A DNA stretch of 24,509 nucleotides, taken from IMG/VR virus record IMGVR_UViG_3300033981_001160, positions 1-24,509 of that record; one strand, given 5' to 3'. The notes below the pieces were generated by a model. The model saw nothing but the letters and a program-made list of their open reading frames with translations, made no database searches and was not told the DNA's origin. Positions 15,167 through 24,509 of the stretch are shown piece by piece. Numbering within the stretch: the stretch's first letter is position 1; each line of letters begins with the position of its first letter. Position numbers and translations under genes: made by a program. The DNA comes from a virus (Duplodnaviria; Caudoviricetes).

Positions 15167-16216
15167 CTACTTTGAATCGAACATGACGAACTGGGCGGCT
15201 TTACCGGACTGCAGTGCGTTAGTGTTTGCGAACGCCAACCCGGTGTACCTGTGATTGGGGCCGACGAACGAGATCCTGCTGGTGTCTATTGCCTCAAGGA
15301 TCTGGGTGCCGCCCTCGAACAGTCGGAAGGTGTACGGGGCATCCGCAGCCCCGTTCACGCCCTTCACACCGCACTGCAACGTGTAGCTGGCGGCGGGGTT
15401 GAAGTTGAAAGAGCCAGCCTTCTTGAAGATCGTTTCAGTGCCACGAATGTTCACACCGATCTCAGCGGACTTAGCGCCCAGCTTTGCGAACACGAACGTC
15501 GCAGTTGTGTCAGTGTTACCCATCTTGGCGACACGCCCCATGATGTAGTTGAACGCAGTCTGGTTGAACAAACCTGTTTGCGGTTTCGCCTGGAACACCA
15601 CACCGACACGCTGAAAGTCGGTGCCGGTGTCCTCCGCAACGTACTTAGCCCAACCGGTGCGGGTAGCCAGAGGGAAACAAAACAGCCACATCTTGCCGTC
15701 TTTGATCTCAATGGTTTCCGCAGCTAAACCTTTATGCCACGTTTCCCATTTCGACCCAGGACCACCATCGGGGTAGAGGTTGAAGTTCTCCGTTTTGCTG
15801 ATCCCATCAGCGCCCCCGGCGAACAGTGCGGCCACATCGGAGTTCAGGGTGGCGATAGCGGCGGCGATCTGCTCCATCGTGGCGTAGATGTCAAGGAAAT
15901 CCCAGTCACCCTCCACCAAGCCCTGCCAACCATCAACGATGTTGTTGATGATGTCTTTGAAGAACTTCAGCAGATCGGGTTTGGTTTTCAACGCACCCAT
16001 GATGGTGGTCACCGCAGATGTTTCGCCGCCGAAATCCCCACCTAAAACCGGCTCGAACTGCCTCAAAGCATCCAACGGTAACCGCAACAGTTGGCGTTCA
16101 ACCTGCTCCAACGGGGCATCCCACGTCGGAGTCACCCCCACAATCTGATTCAAAAGGGTTTCGTTGACGTTCTGACCCCAATCCCCGCCGCCGATCACAT
16201 ACGAGCCGTCACTCAT
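15167..16216 (-). CDS. minor tail protein (possible receptor-binding beta-sandwich C-terminus)
   Basis: N-terminal GSYVIGGG.WGQ, helical region, then a beta-rich domain; position in the tail module. Confidence 0.75.
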   Translation of the reverse strand: MSDGSYVIGGGDWGQNVNETLLNQIVGVTPTWDAPLEQVERQLLRLPLDALRQFEPVLGGDFGGETSAVTTIMGALKTKPDLLKFFKDIINNIVDGWQGLVEGDWDFLDIYATMEQIAAAIATLNSDVAALFAGGADGISKTENFNLYPDGGPGSKWETWHKGLAAETIEIKDGKMWLFCFPLATRTGWAKYVAEDTGTDFQRVGVVFQAKPQTGLFNQTAFNYIMGRVAKMGNTDTTATFVFAKLGAKSAEIGVNIRGTETIFKKAGSFNFNPAASYTLQCGVKGVNGAADAPYTFRLFEGGTQILEAIDTSRISFVGPNHRYTGLAFANTNALQSGKAAQFVMFDSK

Positions 16217-16661
16217 CAGCGACCTCAGCCGGGAGGAACGCGGGGCCGTTCACCGGCTCCGACACCAACCCGGCATCCACGAACTGCTGCAACATCGCCT
16301 GCTGCTCGTTGGCCGTCAACTCCTGAATGTCAGGCAGCCGAACCGGTTCCGGTGCCGGCGTACCCTCAGTGACCCACCCGGCAGCATTGTTGTAAGCGTG
16401 GCGCGGCCCGCGCACAGCGGGCTGGAAATCCAAAACCTGCCTGGGCAACTGATCGACATGCACCATGCCGTTCTCATCCGCCAAAGACGCAATGTAGTCG
16501 CGGTGGGCGAACCCGCAGTTGAACAGATGCTCGGACCACTGCGTGAGGAACTGGGGGTGAGTGATACCACCCACCCCCGCGATCATGGGAAGGTTGCGTA
16601 ACGCCCACACGAAATGCTCACGCGGGTTTTGGTAGTTCGTCTGCTCCTGCGTGCGGATCAT
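16209..16661 (-). CDS. minor tail protein (L5 gp29/DUF2744-like)
   Basis: PREHFVWALRNLP...WSEHLFNCGF...YNNAAGWV. Confidence 0.8.
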   Translation of the reverse strand: MIRTQEQTNYQNPREHFVWALRNLPMIAGVGGITHPQFLTQWSEHLFNCGFAHRDYIASLADENGMVHVDQLPRQVLDFQPAVRGPRHAYNNAAGWVTEGTPAPEPVRLPDIQELTANEQQAMLQQFVDAGLVSEPVNGPAFLPAEVADE

Positions 16662-16834
16662 GCGGAGAACCTTTCCGACATCTGTTTGAACAACTCCCAG
16701 CGGGCTGCGTCCAGCAACCCCAAAGCCTCGATGAACGATGTGTTCTCATTCATCGCAACGGAGAAGCCTTGCGCCCCATCGGGCCTGATATGCCGGGAAA
16801 CGGAGATTTCCTGAAAAACCAAATCGTCATTCAT
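16658..16834 (-). CDS. 58-aa hypothetical protein
   Basis: Not in the ORF track. Coupled at both ends (TGATG, ATGA); MNDDLVFQEISVSRHIRPDG...FIEALGLLDAARWELFKQMSERFSA. Confidence 0.75.
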   Translation of the reverse strand: MNDDLVFQEISVSRHIRPDGAQGFSVAMNENTSFIEALGLLDAARWELFKQMSERFSA

Positions 16835-18681
16835 CACAAGAGCCCTAACTGACTTCCGATACTGCCTAGTTTCTGAATCTCCGACATGACACGGGTCATG
16901 GGGTCAGATGGTTTGCGGTAGCCCAGGCTGATCTGCCAACCCGAAGGGCCGTCCTTACCCCAACTGTATTTCGCCTTCTTCACCCGCTCCACGAAAATGG
17001 TGTCGGGGTCCGGGTAACCCAGAACTGTTGTGCCGACACGAGAACCGATCCACATGTGCCCGTAGCCGTTCCTCCCGAACAGGTACGGCGCGGCGTCGGA
17101 AATCTGAAGGGTGTGCGCTGTGTGCGCCTGCGTTTCAAACATCCGCTTCTTGACCGCCAGCGCAGCCCCAAGCGTGAACGCTTTCTCCGCATCTGCCCAG
17201 CCCTCGTAGTAATGGAAGTCACCTAAACTGGTTTTTATGTTCTCCAAACCGGCGATAGGCAAACTGATACCCATTGCCCGCAGTGTCGGTACCTGCATAA
17301 ATGCCAGCAGAACGTCGCGGTAGAAAATTTGGGCTACAGCATCGAGCATGCCCCCGAGTGAGGGCATTTCGAAGGGGATGGCACCGACAGGGGCACCTGA
17401 CGCGGCTTCCAACGCACTGTTGATCAGCGAGGAAATGATGTCGCCGCCGATATTCACCGCCGCCGACGCCGCCTCATTTATTCCCGGAGCCGACGAACCA
17501 CCCGTCAAGAAGCTGGTATCGGTGGCCTCGAAATACTGGAACTCCGACGATTTAATTCCCGTGTACACACCCTCCTGGAACACCACATGCGGTGCCTGCG
17601 GGGAAGTGCCGAAAAACATCGGGGTGTAATACTCACCGGGGAATGTCGGGTCACCAGTGAACACGTCCACACCTTCGGTGTAACCGTCAGAGGTCAACTG
17701 GACGATGCCCCTGGTCAAACCGACCAGGATGCTCCCACCGAACGCGGTTTCCTTACCCCACTCGTTATTGTCTTCCACGTCCCACACCAAGCAGCCTGGG
17801 CGCAACGGGATCGCGGTGTAAAGGTCAACGAGTAGCTGCTGCTCACCGATCAGGTTCTCGAACGGGTGCGGGTCACGATCCGGCAGATACCGCCGGCAAG
17901 TGATAGTCAAACCAGTGTCATCCAACACTTGTTTCGCCATGTCATAGAACGAACCGAACCGCGAGAACACAATCGTGATAGGGGTGTTGTCTCCTAGCAG
18001 CGGGTAGGGCTTCACAATGTTTCGCCAGTTACCTGGGTAAAAGCTAGGCCCCATCCACTCGTTGATGTCCAGAGGATCGTCAGGCAAAGACCACAACGAA
18101 CCTTCCAAGCGGATGCACAGGTTCACGAAAAGTGTTGTCAACAGGCAGAACCGGGCCGGACCAAAGATCACCCACAGCTTCGGGAACTGGAACTCCGGGC
18201 GCAGGAACGGGTTGGCCCACACCCGGATGTGCTTCAGTTCCTCGAAATCGTGCAAGAACGTGATGTCCAGGTAGCAGTCCCCGGAGTCCTCTTTCACAAC
18301 CCGGTAGTCCGACATGCGGCCAGACCAACGAACACCCTGCTTCTCAATGACGATGTGTACGTTACGTTTCTGCCTACCCTTGTGGTTCATCACCCACTTA
18401 GCGAGATAATGATCCAAACCCAGTTGAATTGAGGCTGTGCCGGTTTCGTTCTCGATTTCCTCGAAGTCACCTGACCGTTCGCCGGCCACCTGGCCGCGTA
18501 ACTGGTAGTCCCCGTCGTAAAGTTCGATGACCGGTTTGGACAGCCGCAGCTTCTCCAACCATGCTCTGCGATCCTGAACCTTCCCCCACAGGTTTTCGTG
18601 GTCCGCGAGGCTGGACAAGCCACCCGAAAGGTCAGCGCGCTGCAAAACCGAATCCACGCCTGTCCTCCCATTCCCAGCCAT
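16834..18681 (-). CDS. minor tail protein (L5 gp28-like baseplate protein)
   Basis: 615 aa; IELYDGDY, NETGTA, WANPFLRPEFQFPK; follows the gp27-like gene; GGAGG RBS. Confidence 0.88.
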   Translation of the reverse strand: MAGNGRTGVDSVLQRADLSGGLSSLADHENLWGKVQDRRAWLEKLRLSKPVIELYDGDYQLRGQVAGERSGDFEEIENETGTASIQLGLDHYLAKWVMNHKGRQKRNVHIVIEKQGVRWSGRMSDYRVVKEDSGDCYLDITFLHDFEELKHIRVWANPFLRPEFQFPKLWVIFGPARFCLLTTLFVNLCIRLEGSLWSLPDDPLDINEWMGPSFYPGNWRNIVKPYPLLGDNTPITIVFSRFGSFYDMAKQVLDDTGLTITCRRYLPDRDPHPFENLIGEQQLLVDLYTAIPLRPGCLVWDVEDNNEWGKETAFGGSILVGLTRGIVQLTSDGYTEGVDVFTGDPTFPGEYYTPMFFGTSPQAPHVVFQEGVYTGIKSSEFQYFEATDTSFLTGGSSAPGINEAASAAVNIGGDIISSLINSALEAASGAPVGAIPFEMPSLGGMLDAVAQIFYRDVLLAFMQVPTLRAMGISLPIAGLENIKTSLGDFHYYEGWADAEKAFTLGAALAVKKRMFETQAHTAHTLQISDAAPYLFGRNGYGHMWIGSRVGTTVLGYPDPDTIFVERVKKAKYSWGKDGPSGWQISLGYRKPSDPMTRVMSEIQKLGSIGSQLGLL

Positions 18682-18844
18682 AACGGTCCTCCGGTGCGAA
18701 CGGGTTCACGTCCCGCTCGAAGTTATGTGCGCTGCCACCCTCAATACGGGTGTCGCAATCGTCCTCATCGTCCGAAACAAGATCCACGCCCAGCACATCG
18801 ACTGTGAGGACGGGGATTCCGAATAGTTTGAATACGATTGTCAT
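18632..18844 (-). CDS. 70-aa acidic hypothetical protein
   Basis: ATGA overlap with the upstream tail gene; MTIVFKLFGIPVL...RGFGFAAR; overlaps the next gene by 50 nt. Confidence 0.6.
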   Translation of the reverse strand: MTIVFKLFGIPVLTVDVLGVDLVSDDEDDCDTRIEGGSAHNFERDVNPFAPEDRYGWEWEDRRGFGFAAR

Positions 18845-20805
18845 TCCAAACCCCACGGGCGTGACCAAGGGCGCGGCAGGCGCAGCGCCACCATCTGACC
18901 GGGCTTACAACCAGACACAGTGACCTCGAACCTTCTGGTGCCTGTGTACGGGGGAACGAAGTGTTTGAACCTGACACCGTTCATGCGGCCCCACAACTCC
19001 GAACCTGACTCCGACACAACCTGCTCCACACGCGGATCGGTGTCCACGAAAGCGTTCTCCGCAGGGGCTGTAGCACCCTCCAACCGGACAGCCGTAGTCA
19101 CCCTCGGGTTCCTGCCACCGGTCAACGCCACAGACGCCGGTTCAAGGGCAGGAACATCCTTACCGGACAACAAACCCTGGAACGTCACTTGGAACGGGTG
19201 CGAACCCTGCGTCACCGTTTCGATAGCCACAGCCGGGTTCTTACCGCCCGTGAGTTTCTTGGCATCCGACTTCAACATCTCCGCGTTGTAACCGGACAGT
19301 GAGCCACCGAAGGTGATGGTGTACTTACGGAATCCGGGTGTGAGGATCTTGGTGTTCACCGCGATCCCAGCGCCACCGGACAGATCCCCGGCATCAGCGG
19401 TCAAACGGTTAACAGCCACCCCTGCAAGGTTGCCCTGGAACGCGATCTTCCACCACGGCCCACCACCGAACAAACCAGCCCCGGTGACGTTAATGTCGAA
19501 CGAGCCGATGTTCGACAACTTCGACAACTCAAACGCCACAGTCAAATTGGATGCGTTATAGGGGATCGGGCCGGTGGTTTCCCCGTCGAACGTCAACTTG
19601 AACGTGCCCTTAGTGGGTTCACCGACAATGCGGACTTCCTGAACACAGTCCTGCGAGTTCTGCTCCACCGTCACACCCACCATCGACACCTGGGGGATAG
19701 CAGCCAAAGCTGCGTACACATTCAAGGCGATAGCGTTAAACGGGATGTCGTCGGTCCAGTTGTCCTCGAAGCACAACCGGAACGTGCCACCTGTGGCACC
19801 ACCGGTCAACTCCACGGTCTGCTTCTCATTCACAGCCGGGTTACGGTTCACCACAACATCCCCGGCAGCGATCTGAGCCAACGCCACCAAAGCGTTCTGG
19901 ATCTGCGTCGTAGTCGCATTGTGCGGAATAGTCCCGGTGGTTTCCGTACCGAACTTCAACCGGAAGTTCCCACCAGTGGGCCTACCATCAATGACGATCT
20001 GCTGAACCTCATTGGTTCGCAGACCACCAATCAAACCCGGTAGCCGCAGGCGGCGGTTCTTCTGGGCGTCTTCCTCCCACGAATAATCGGGCAACGTCCA
20101 AATCGTTGCCTTGGACTTCGGGGCACCCAGCCACGGCAGCCACGGCACATAAGGTTCAGCCGGTGCCTCAGTCGAACCTGGCACCGACCACTTAGGCCAA
20201 ATGATCTGATCCGTAGGGTTAACCTTCGGAACATCAATGGTGATTGTTTCCTTGGGCAGTTCGTTCTGCGGCCAGGGCCACGGCAGATTGAGTGCGTTCG
20301 GGTCGAACGATGTGTCCGTTTTCGTTACAGCGGTGTGTATCTCGTCCTCGCCGTACCAAAACGGGTCGTAAGCCACACACACCATCGACACACGGTTGAT
20401 GGTGTGCATACGCGGGTCCATCATCGTGTCAACCTGGGGGGACTCCAACAGCCGAACCTTCAGGAACCGTGTCCCCGATTCGGTGGTCGTCACAAACAGT
20501 TTGCAGTCAGCCTCAAAGGACCACGCTTTGCGCCACTCCGAATCCCTCGATGACCACGACTGGTTCTTGGAAGGGTCGTCCAGAATCTCCACCGCGAACA
20601 CCATGTCGCGGCGCAGCACCCTGTGGTTGAGGTAGCGGGAGCCCGGATAGTTACCGGGCTCCTCGCTGACCACCTTCACCGCAGGGTCATAAAACTCCTT
20701 CAACCCTGTTCCCAGGTACACACCTTTATCCCCGGCGTTGGGGCCGGCAAGAGTGAACCGAACCCCGTTGACACCCTCTAACACGACTACGGTGTCAGGT
20801 TTCAC
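18841..20805 (-). CDS. minor tail protein (L5 gp27-like distal tail) with a 313-aa insertion
   Basis: DTVVVLEGVNG, DSEWRKAW, AYDPFW, DTDPRVEQ, RPWSRPWGLE; GTG 20805 has a GGGAG RBS; first gene after the tape measure. Confidence 0.88.
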   Translation of the reverse strand: MKPDTVVVLEGVNGVRFTLAGPNAGDKGVYLGTGLKEFYDPAVKVVSEEPGNYPGSRYLNHRVLRRDMVFAVEILDDPSKNQSWSSRDSEWRKAWSFEADCKLFVTTTESGTRFLKVRLLESPQVDTMMDPRMHTINRVSMVCVAYDPFWYGEDEIHTAVTKTDTSFDPNALNLPWPWPQNELPKETITIDVPKVNPTDQIIWPKWSVPGSTEAPAEPYVPWLPWLGAPKSKATIWTLPDYSWEEDAQKNRRLRLPGLIGGLRTNEVQQIVIDGRPTGGNFRLKFGTETTGTIPHNATTTQIQNALVALAQIAAGDVVVNRNPAVNEKQTVELTGGATGGTFRLCFEDNWTDDIPFNAIALNVYAALAAIPQVSMVGVTVEQNSQDCVQEVRIVGEPTKGTFKLTFDGETTGPIPYNASNLTVAFELSKLSNIGSFDINVTGAGLFGGGPWWKIAFQGNLAGVAVNRLTADAGDLSGGAGIAVNTKILTPGFRKYTITFGGSLSGYNAEMLKSDAKKLTGGKNPAVAIETVTQGSHPFQVTFQGLLSGKDVPALEPASVALTGGRNPRVTTAVRLEGATAPAENAFVDTDPRVEQVVSESGSELWGRMNGVRFKHFVPPYTGTRRFEVTVSGCKPGQMVALRLPRPWSRPWGLE

Positions 20806-20806
20806 G

Positions 20807-23800
20807 TTATCTCCCAATGGTGGCTTGCATTTGCCTGTTCTGTAGAACCTTCTGGCCGCTCAAAGCGTCATCCATGTTCGCGACGTTGAACACGAAACTG
20901 GTTGCGTAATCGAGCCCTTGCTGCATCAGCGACGGGATAGCGCCCTGGCCGGACCAACCCAGATCGGACATGAACTGGTTGCCGGTAGCGGTAGCGAAAT
21001 CGAACGGTATCTGCTGAAAACCGTTGATCTGCTCCTTGTAGCTTTGCGTCGTGGAGTTCATCTGACCGCCGTACTTCTGGGCGTAAGTCAGTTTGTCCCG
21101 CTCCAACCCCAACAGGTTCTTCTGGTTACGGATCTGCTCGATCTGCGCTTTGATAGCGGCCTGATCGGCACCAGGGGTGTCCTTGGCAGCTTCCAACTGT
21201 TTGCGTTGAATCTCCAACTCCAACAGGCTTTTCTTCAGTTCCTCGATGCGGCCCTTCGACTGGGACGAATCGAGCATCGCTAAAGACTGACCTGTTTGGC
21301 CTAGTGTCTGCTGGAACTCTTGGGCGGCAGGCAAAGCGCCTGCCATAGATGTTCCGATCCCCGCAATGCTGTTGGAGAACTGGGAGATAGGTTGGGCAAC
21401 TTGGTTGAAGTTGAAGTTGATTACTAGCCCTTCGGCGTTGCCGAACACGTCTTTGACTTGTTGCATCATGACGCGGGCGATTTCAACTACCCCACCTACG
21501 GATGATTCCATCCCAGCGGCGAAACCTTCACCTACTGCCTTGCCTGAGTTGTCCACCCAGCCTGACCCGGAGAACGGGCCTTTCTCGGCTGGTGACTGCG
21601 GGAAGAACGCTTTAGCAGCGGCCATAAGCGCAGACGCGGCACCGGCCACCAGATCAGCGGACGAGGCGATACCCGCCGCGAACGAGGCACCGATAGCTCT
21701 ACCGGCAGACTCAGCGGCACCAACGAACGCCAGCATCGTAGAAATCATCTGCTGACCAACACTGCCCACCGCAGCGATAGCCGGTGCCATAGCTCCCTGC
21801 ACAGCCGGGGGGAACTGGGCGAACGTCGCCGAAGCCACCGCAGCCACCTGGGCACCCACAACATTCACCACGTTGACGATGCCCAACATCACGGTCTGGA
21901 CAACACCAATCGCGGGTGTCAAAGCCGCACCCACAGCGGCCACCACACCCGAAAGAGCGGCACCAACCTGCTGAGGGGCACCCCTGAACGCTTCACCAAT
22001 GGAGTTACTGATCTTCGACGTTTGCGTCCCGATAGCAAGCACCATGAAGGCGAACAGGCCGGTGATCGTGTTACGCACACCAGCCATAGCCGCAATGAAC
22101 GCATTATTGATAGCCGGACCCATTGTGGAGAAAGCCTGACCAACCCGGTCAGCGATAGTCGCCAACGGCAACAAAGCGTTGTCGATCTGCGTCTGCAACT
22201 CCGGGCCAAGGTTCGCCATAGCGTTCTTAGCGCCCTGGATGGCAGCCGTAATCTGCTGCGTCAACTGCTGAGACACAGCGGTGTCCACACCACCCGGCGT
22301 GAACGCTGAACGGAGAGCTTGTGCCTGATCCTCTTTGGATATGTTGATCGCCTGATTGATCTGCTGTTTGACAGCTTCACCGACCTGACTCATGTCAAAA
22401 AAGTCAGTGCCGATCTGCGCCCCAGCCTCTAAACCCTGAGCCAAACCATCCGACAGGTCAGTGGCGAGCCTCGCCCCAGCGGCCCTAGCCTTACTGCTGA
22501 ACTCATTACCTGTGAGTTCATCAATCCAGCCACCAACCTTGTCACCGAAAACAAGTTTGTTAGGTGAAGCCAAACCGGAAAGGGAGTCAGACATTTGTTG
22601 CGCCGACTGCGGCAGACGGGCACCCAACTTGTTCAGTACCGCATCAATCGCCTCGACAACCGCCACAACAGGTTTTAACGCCGTAGCGATCCCCTGGAAA
22701 GCATCAGCAAGCGCCGGCAACGTCACATTGACCAGACGATCAACAGAGTCCACAAACCCGCTCATCGACTTACCGAAATCGACGTTAGACAGGTTCTCCC
22801 AACCACTCTGGAAGAACGTAGTGACAAGACCACCCAACCGGGAAAGGGTGTCACCCAACTGCTTCATCGCCGTGTCCAACTGGGACACACCGGTAACAGC
22901 ATCCTTGGTGGTGATCTTGTCAACCCACTCCAAGAACGATTTCCCAGTCCGGTTGAAAGCGTCAGCCAAACCAGGGAACTTGTTCGACAACTCGGAGACA
23001 AGCTGGATCAAACCAGAAGCGAAGTCCTGGGCACCCTGCTTCGCCCTACCCAACGCCTTGCCAATGTTCTCGATAGTGTTCTCGATCTTGCCCAGGTTGC
23101 CCGGATCGGTGACCGTCTTTGTCAACCCGCCGAACAGTTCAGTCAAGCCCTGCGAAACAGTAGGCAGAGACTTCTTCAGGCTGGGGATCAACTTGTCGGC
23201 AAGCTCTTTGAAAATCGGTGTGAAACCGACCTCGAAAGACTGCGACATAACAGCACGCAGTTCTTCAAACTGCGGCTTCACCGACTCCGCAGCCTTCTTA
23301 ATGCCGTCCAAACCCAACGCTATCGCAGCAATGGGAACCGTCAGGGCTGCAAACGCAGCCGGGATAGCGACCAAACCGCCAGAAATCAAGGCCAACGCCG
23401 GGGCGATCAAAGCCAGAACAGCAACAGCGATCATGCCGTTCTGCCCAAGCCGCACGAAAGCCTTACCAGCATTGATAGCGGCTGAACCGACCTGATAAAG
23501 ACTATTAGATACCGCTTTGAAGCCGCCTGTGCCAAGTATCGCCAAGCTGCGGCTGAAACCGATCTTGTCCCAGTCGATCTTGTTAATCTCAGACAGTTCA
23601 ATCTTCGGGCGTAAAGTTATCTCAAGTTTCTGCTGGGCCAGATTATTGAAGAACTCTAGCCGCTTAAACTCCGCGAAATCATCGTCAACTTTCTTTTTGA
23701 ACTCTGCAAGTTCACGTTTCGCGTTAGCGACATCGAAGTCCAGTTTGACTTGTGAACGGATCTCTTTACTGAGAAGGTTCTCGCCGTACCCGAAATCGCG

Positions 23801-24325
23801 GGCTTCTCGGTAGAAGTCCTCGATGTCCTGCCGCAAAGCGGCAAGTGTTTCTTTATCCTGTTTCGGGTCAAGAAGCGATAGTTTCTTTTTGAAGACTTTT
23901 TCGGCTTCCTTGAAGCCGTCACGAAGTTCCTCGTTGTCCACAGTTAAAGGCAGGTTTGCCTCAAACTCGGTAATCAGAGACTCGAACTTGTTCAGATACC
24001 TGCGTTTGAACCGGTCAAGGTCAACGTCGATCTGAACCTTGGCTTTAGAGCCTTTAGCGGCACCCTGGATGTCCTTGGCGAGCTTTTCGGTGCCGGTGGC
24101 CTTAGCTTCAACCTCAGCCTTCAGGTTCTTTGTAGATTTCTCGATATCGTCAGTGAGTTTCTTACCGGAATCCTTCAGGCGGGCATCAACATCAACAGCA
24201 ACCCGACCCCGAAGCTCCCGCTCAACCTGCTCAAGCTTCTTTTTCAGGTCTTCCCGAAACCGATCCAGGTCAGGAACAACCCGGATAGAAACCCGACCGA
24301 CCTCTTTACCACCCGCACCCGCCAC
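20807..24325 (-). CDS. tape measure protein
   Basis: 1172 aa, Ala/Gly-rich and helical; EVGRVSIRVVPD N-terminus, SPAEKGPFSG motif; AAGGAG RBS. Confidence 0.95.
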   Translation of the reverse strand: MAGAGGKEVGRVSIRVVPDLDRFREDLKKKLEQVERELRGRVAVDVDARLKDSGKKLTDDIEKSTKNLKAEVEAKATGTEKLAKDIQGAAKGSKAKVQIDVDLDRFKRRYLNKFESLITEFEANLPLTVDNEELRDGFKEAEKVFKKKLSLLDPKQDKETLAALRQDIEDFYREARDFGYGENLLSKEIRSQVKLDFDVANAKRELAEFKKKVDDDFAEFKRLEFFNNLAQQKLEITLRPKIELSEINKIDWDKIGFSRSLAILGTGGFKAVSNSLYQVGSAAINAGKAFVRLGQNGMIAVAVLALIAPALALISGGLVAIPAAFAALTVPIAAIALGLDGIKKAAESVKPQFEELRAVMSQSFEVGFTPIFKELADKLIPSLKKSLPTVSQGLTELFGGLTKTVTDPGNLGKIENTIENIGKALGRAKQGAQDFASGLIQLVSELSNKFPGLADAFNRTGKSFLEWVDKITTKDAVTGVSQLDTAMKQLGDTLSRLGGLVTTFFQSGWENLSNVDFGKSMSGFVDSVDRLVNVTLPALADAFQGIATALKPVVAVVEAIDAVLNKLGARLPQSAQQMSDSLSGLASPNKLVFGDKVGGWIDELTGNEFSSKARAAGARLATDLSDGLAQGLEAGAQIGTDFFDMSQVGEAVKQQINQAINISKEDQAQALRSAFTPGGVDTAVSQQLTQQITAAIQGAKNAMANLGPELQTQIDNALLPLATIADRVGQAFSTMGPAINNAFIAAMAGVRNTITGLFAFMVLAIGTQTSKISNSIGEAFRGAPQQVGAALSGVVAAVGAALTPAIGVVQTVMLGIVNVVNVVGAQVAAVASATFAQFPPAVQGAMAPAIAAVGSVGQQMISTMLAFVGAAESAGRAIGASFAAGIASSADLVAGAASALMAAAKAFFPQSPAEKGPFSGSGWVDNSGKAVGEGFAAGMESSVGGVVEIARVMMQQVKDVFGNAEGLVINFNFNQVAQPISQFSNSIAGIGTSMAGALPAAQEFQQTLGQTGQSLAMLDSSQSKGRIEELKKSLLELEIQRKQLEAAKDTPGADQAAIKAQIEQIRNQKNLLGLERDKLTYAQKYGGQMNSTTQSYKEQINGFQQIPFDFATATGNQFMSDLGWSGQGAIPSLMQQGLDYATSFVFNVANMDDALSGQKVLQNRQMQATIGR

Positions 24326-24327
24326 AA

Positions 24328-24509
24328 CTACTCCTTACCCGCCAACTTTTGAGCCGCAATAGCCGCAAACAAACCCGAACCAGCCCTCTTAACAACAGCA
24401 CCCGGAATCGGAAACGGCTCAGGCGGCTTAGGGCGAGACTTAGAATGAGCAGCCACATACGTGAACTGCAAAGCCCTCACAGCGTTAACAGTCGCAGCCG
24501 CGATATACC
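24328..24509 (-). CDS. tail assembly chaperone, C-terminal part (truncated by window)
   Basis: Open frame YIAAATVNAVRALQFTYVAAHSKSRPKPPEPFPIPG...KE-stop immediately upstream of the tape measure. Confidence 0.75.
   Translation of the reverse strand, partial: YIAAATVNAVRALQFTYVAAHSKSRPKPPEPFPIPGAVVKRAGSGLFAAIAAQKLAGKE

Noticed and set aside
15883-15896. TGTCAAG core in the tail arm as a stoperator
   Set aside because: The flank (CGTAGA) does not match CCYAN; probably chance
22461-23495. 344-aa + strand ORF and other antisense ORFs across the tail and replication genes
   Set aside because: Shadow frames opposite well-supported genes, with no motifs or RBS
1-24509. tRNA, tmRNA or other structured RNA genes; tail chaperone frameshift site
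   Set aside because: Intergenic gaps are under 80 bp with no cloverleaf seen; the slippery site would lie beyond the window end

Overview
This is the central ~24.5 kb of a temperate actinobacteriophage with cluster A-like (L5/D29/Bxb1-like) organisation, shown reversed relative to the usual map. The + strand (1-14707) carries the early/replication arm: Cas4/RecB-like exonuclease, DnaB-like helicase, endonuclease VII, split primase, NrdH, DUF3310-like protein, metallophosphoesterase, sigma-like protein, class II RNR, HNH, HTH, DNA polymerase I and dCMP deaminase. These are followed by a lower-GC two-gene cassette (SufU-type Fe-S/sulfur carrier plus a Cys-rich PP-loop/PAPS-reductase-like enzyme), a probable attP and a large serine integrase. 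The - strand (14730-24509) carries the tail module: end of the tail assembly chaperone, tape measure and minor tail proteins. The two arms converge on a bidirectional terminator. Highlights are the SufU + PP-loop cassette (candidate phage sulfur-transfer or nucleic-acid thiolation system), a repeated 13-bp stoperator-like motif ACTTGACANTRGG, a primase TOPRIM frame whose N-terminal part has no canonical start codon, a nested triple domain insertion in a tail protein, and a G+T/A+C strand-composition oscillation that flips at gene junctions. All family calls come from motif recognition by eye; no database searches were run.
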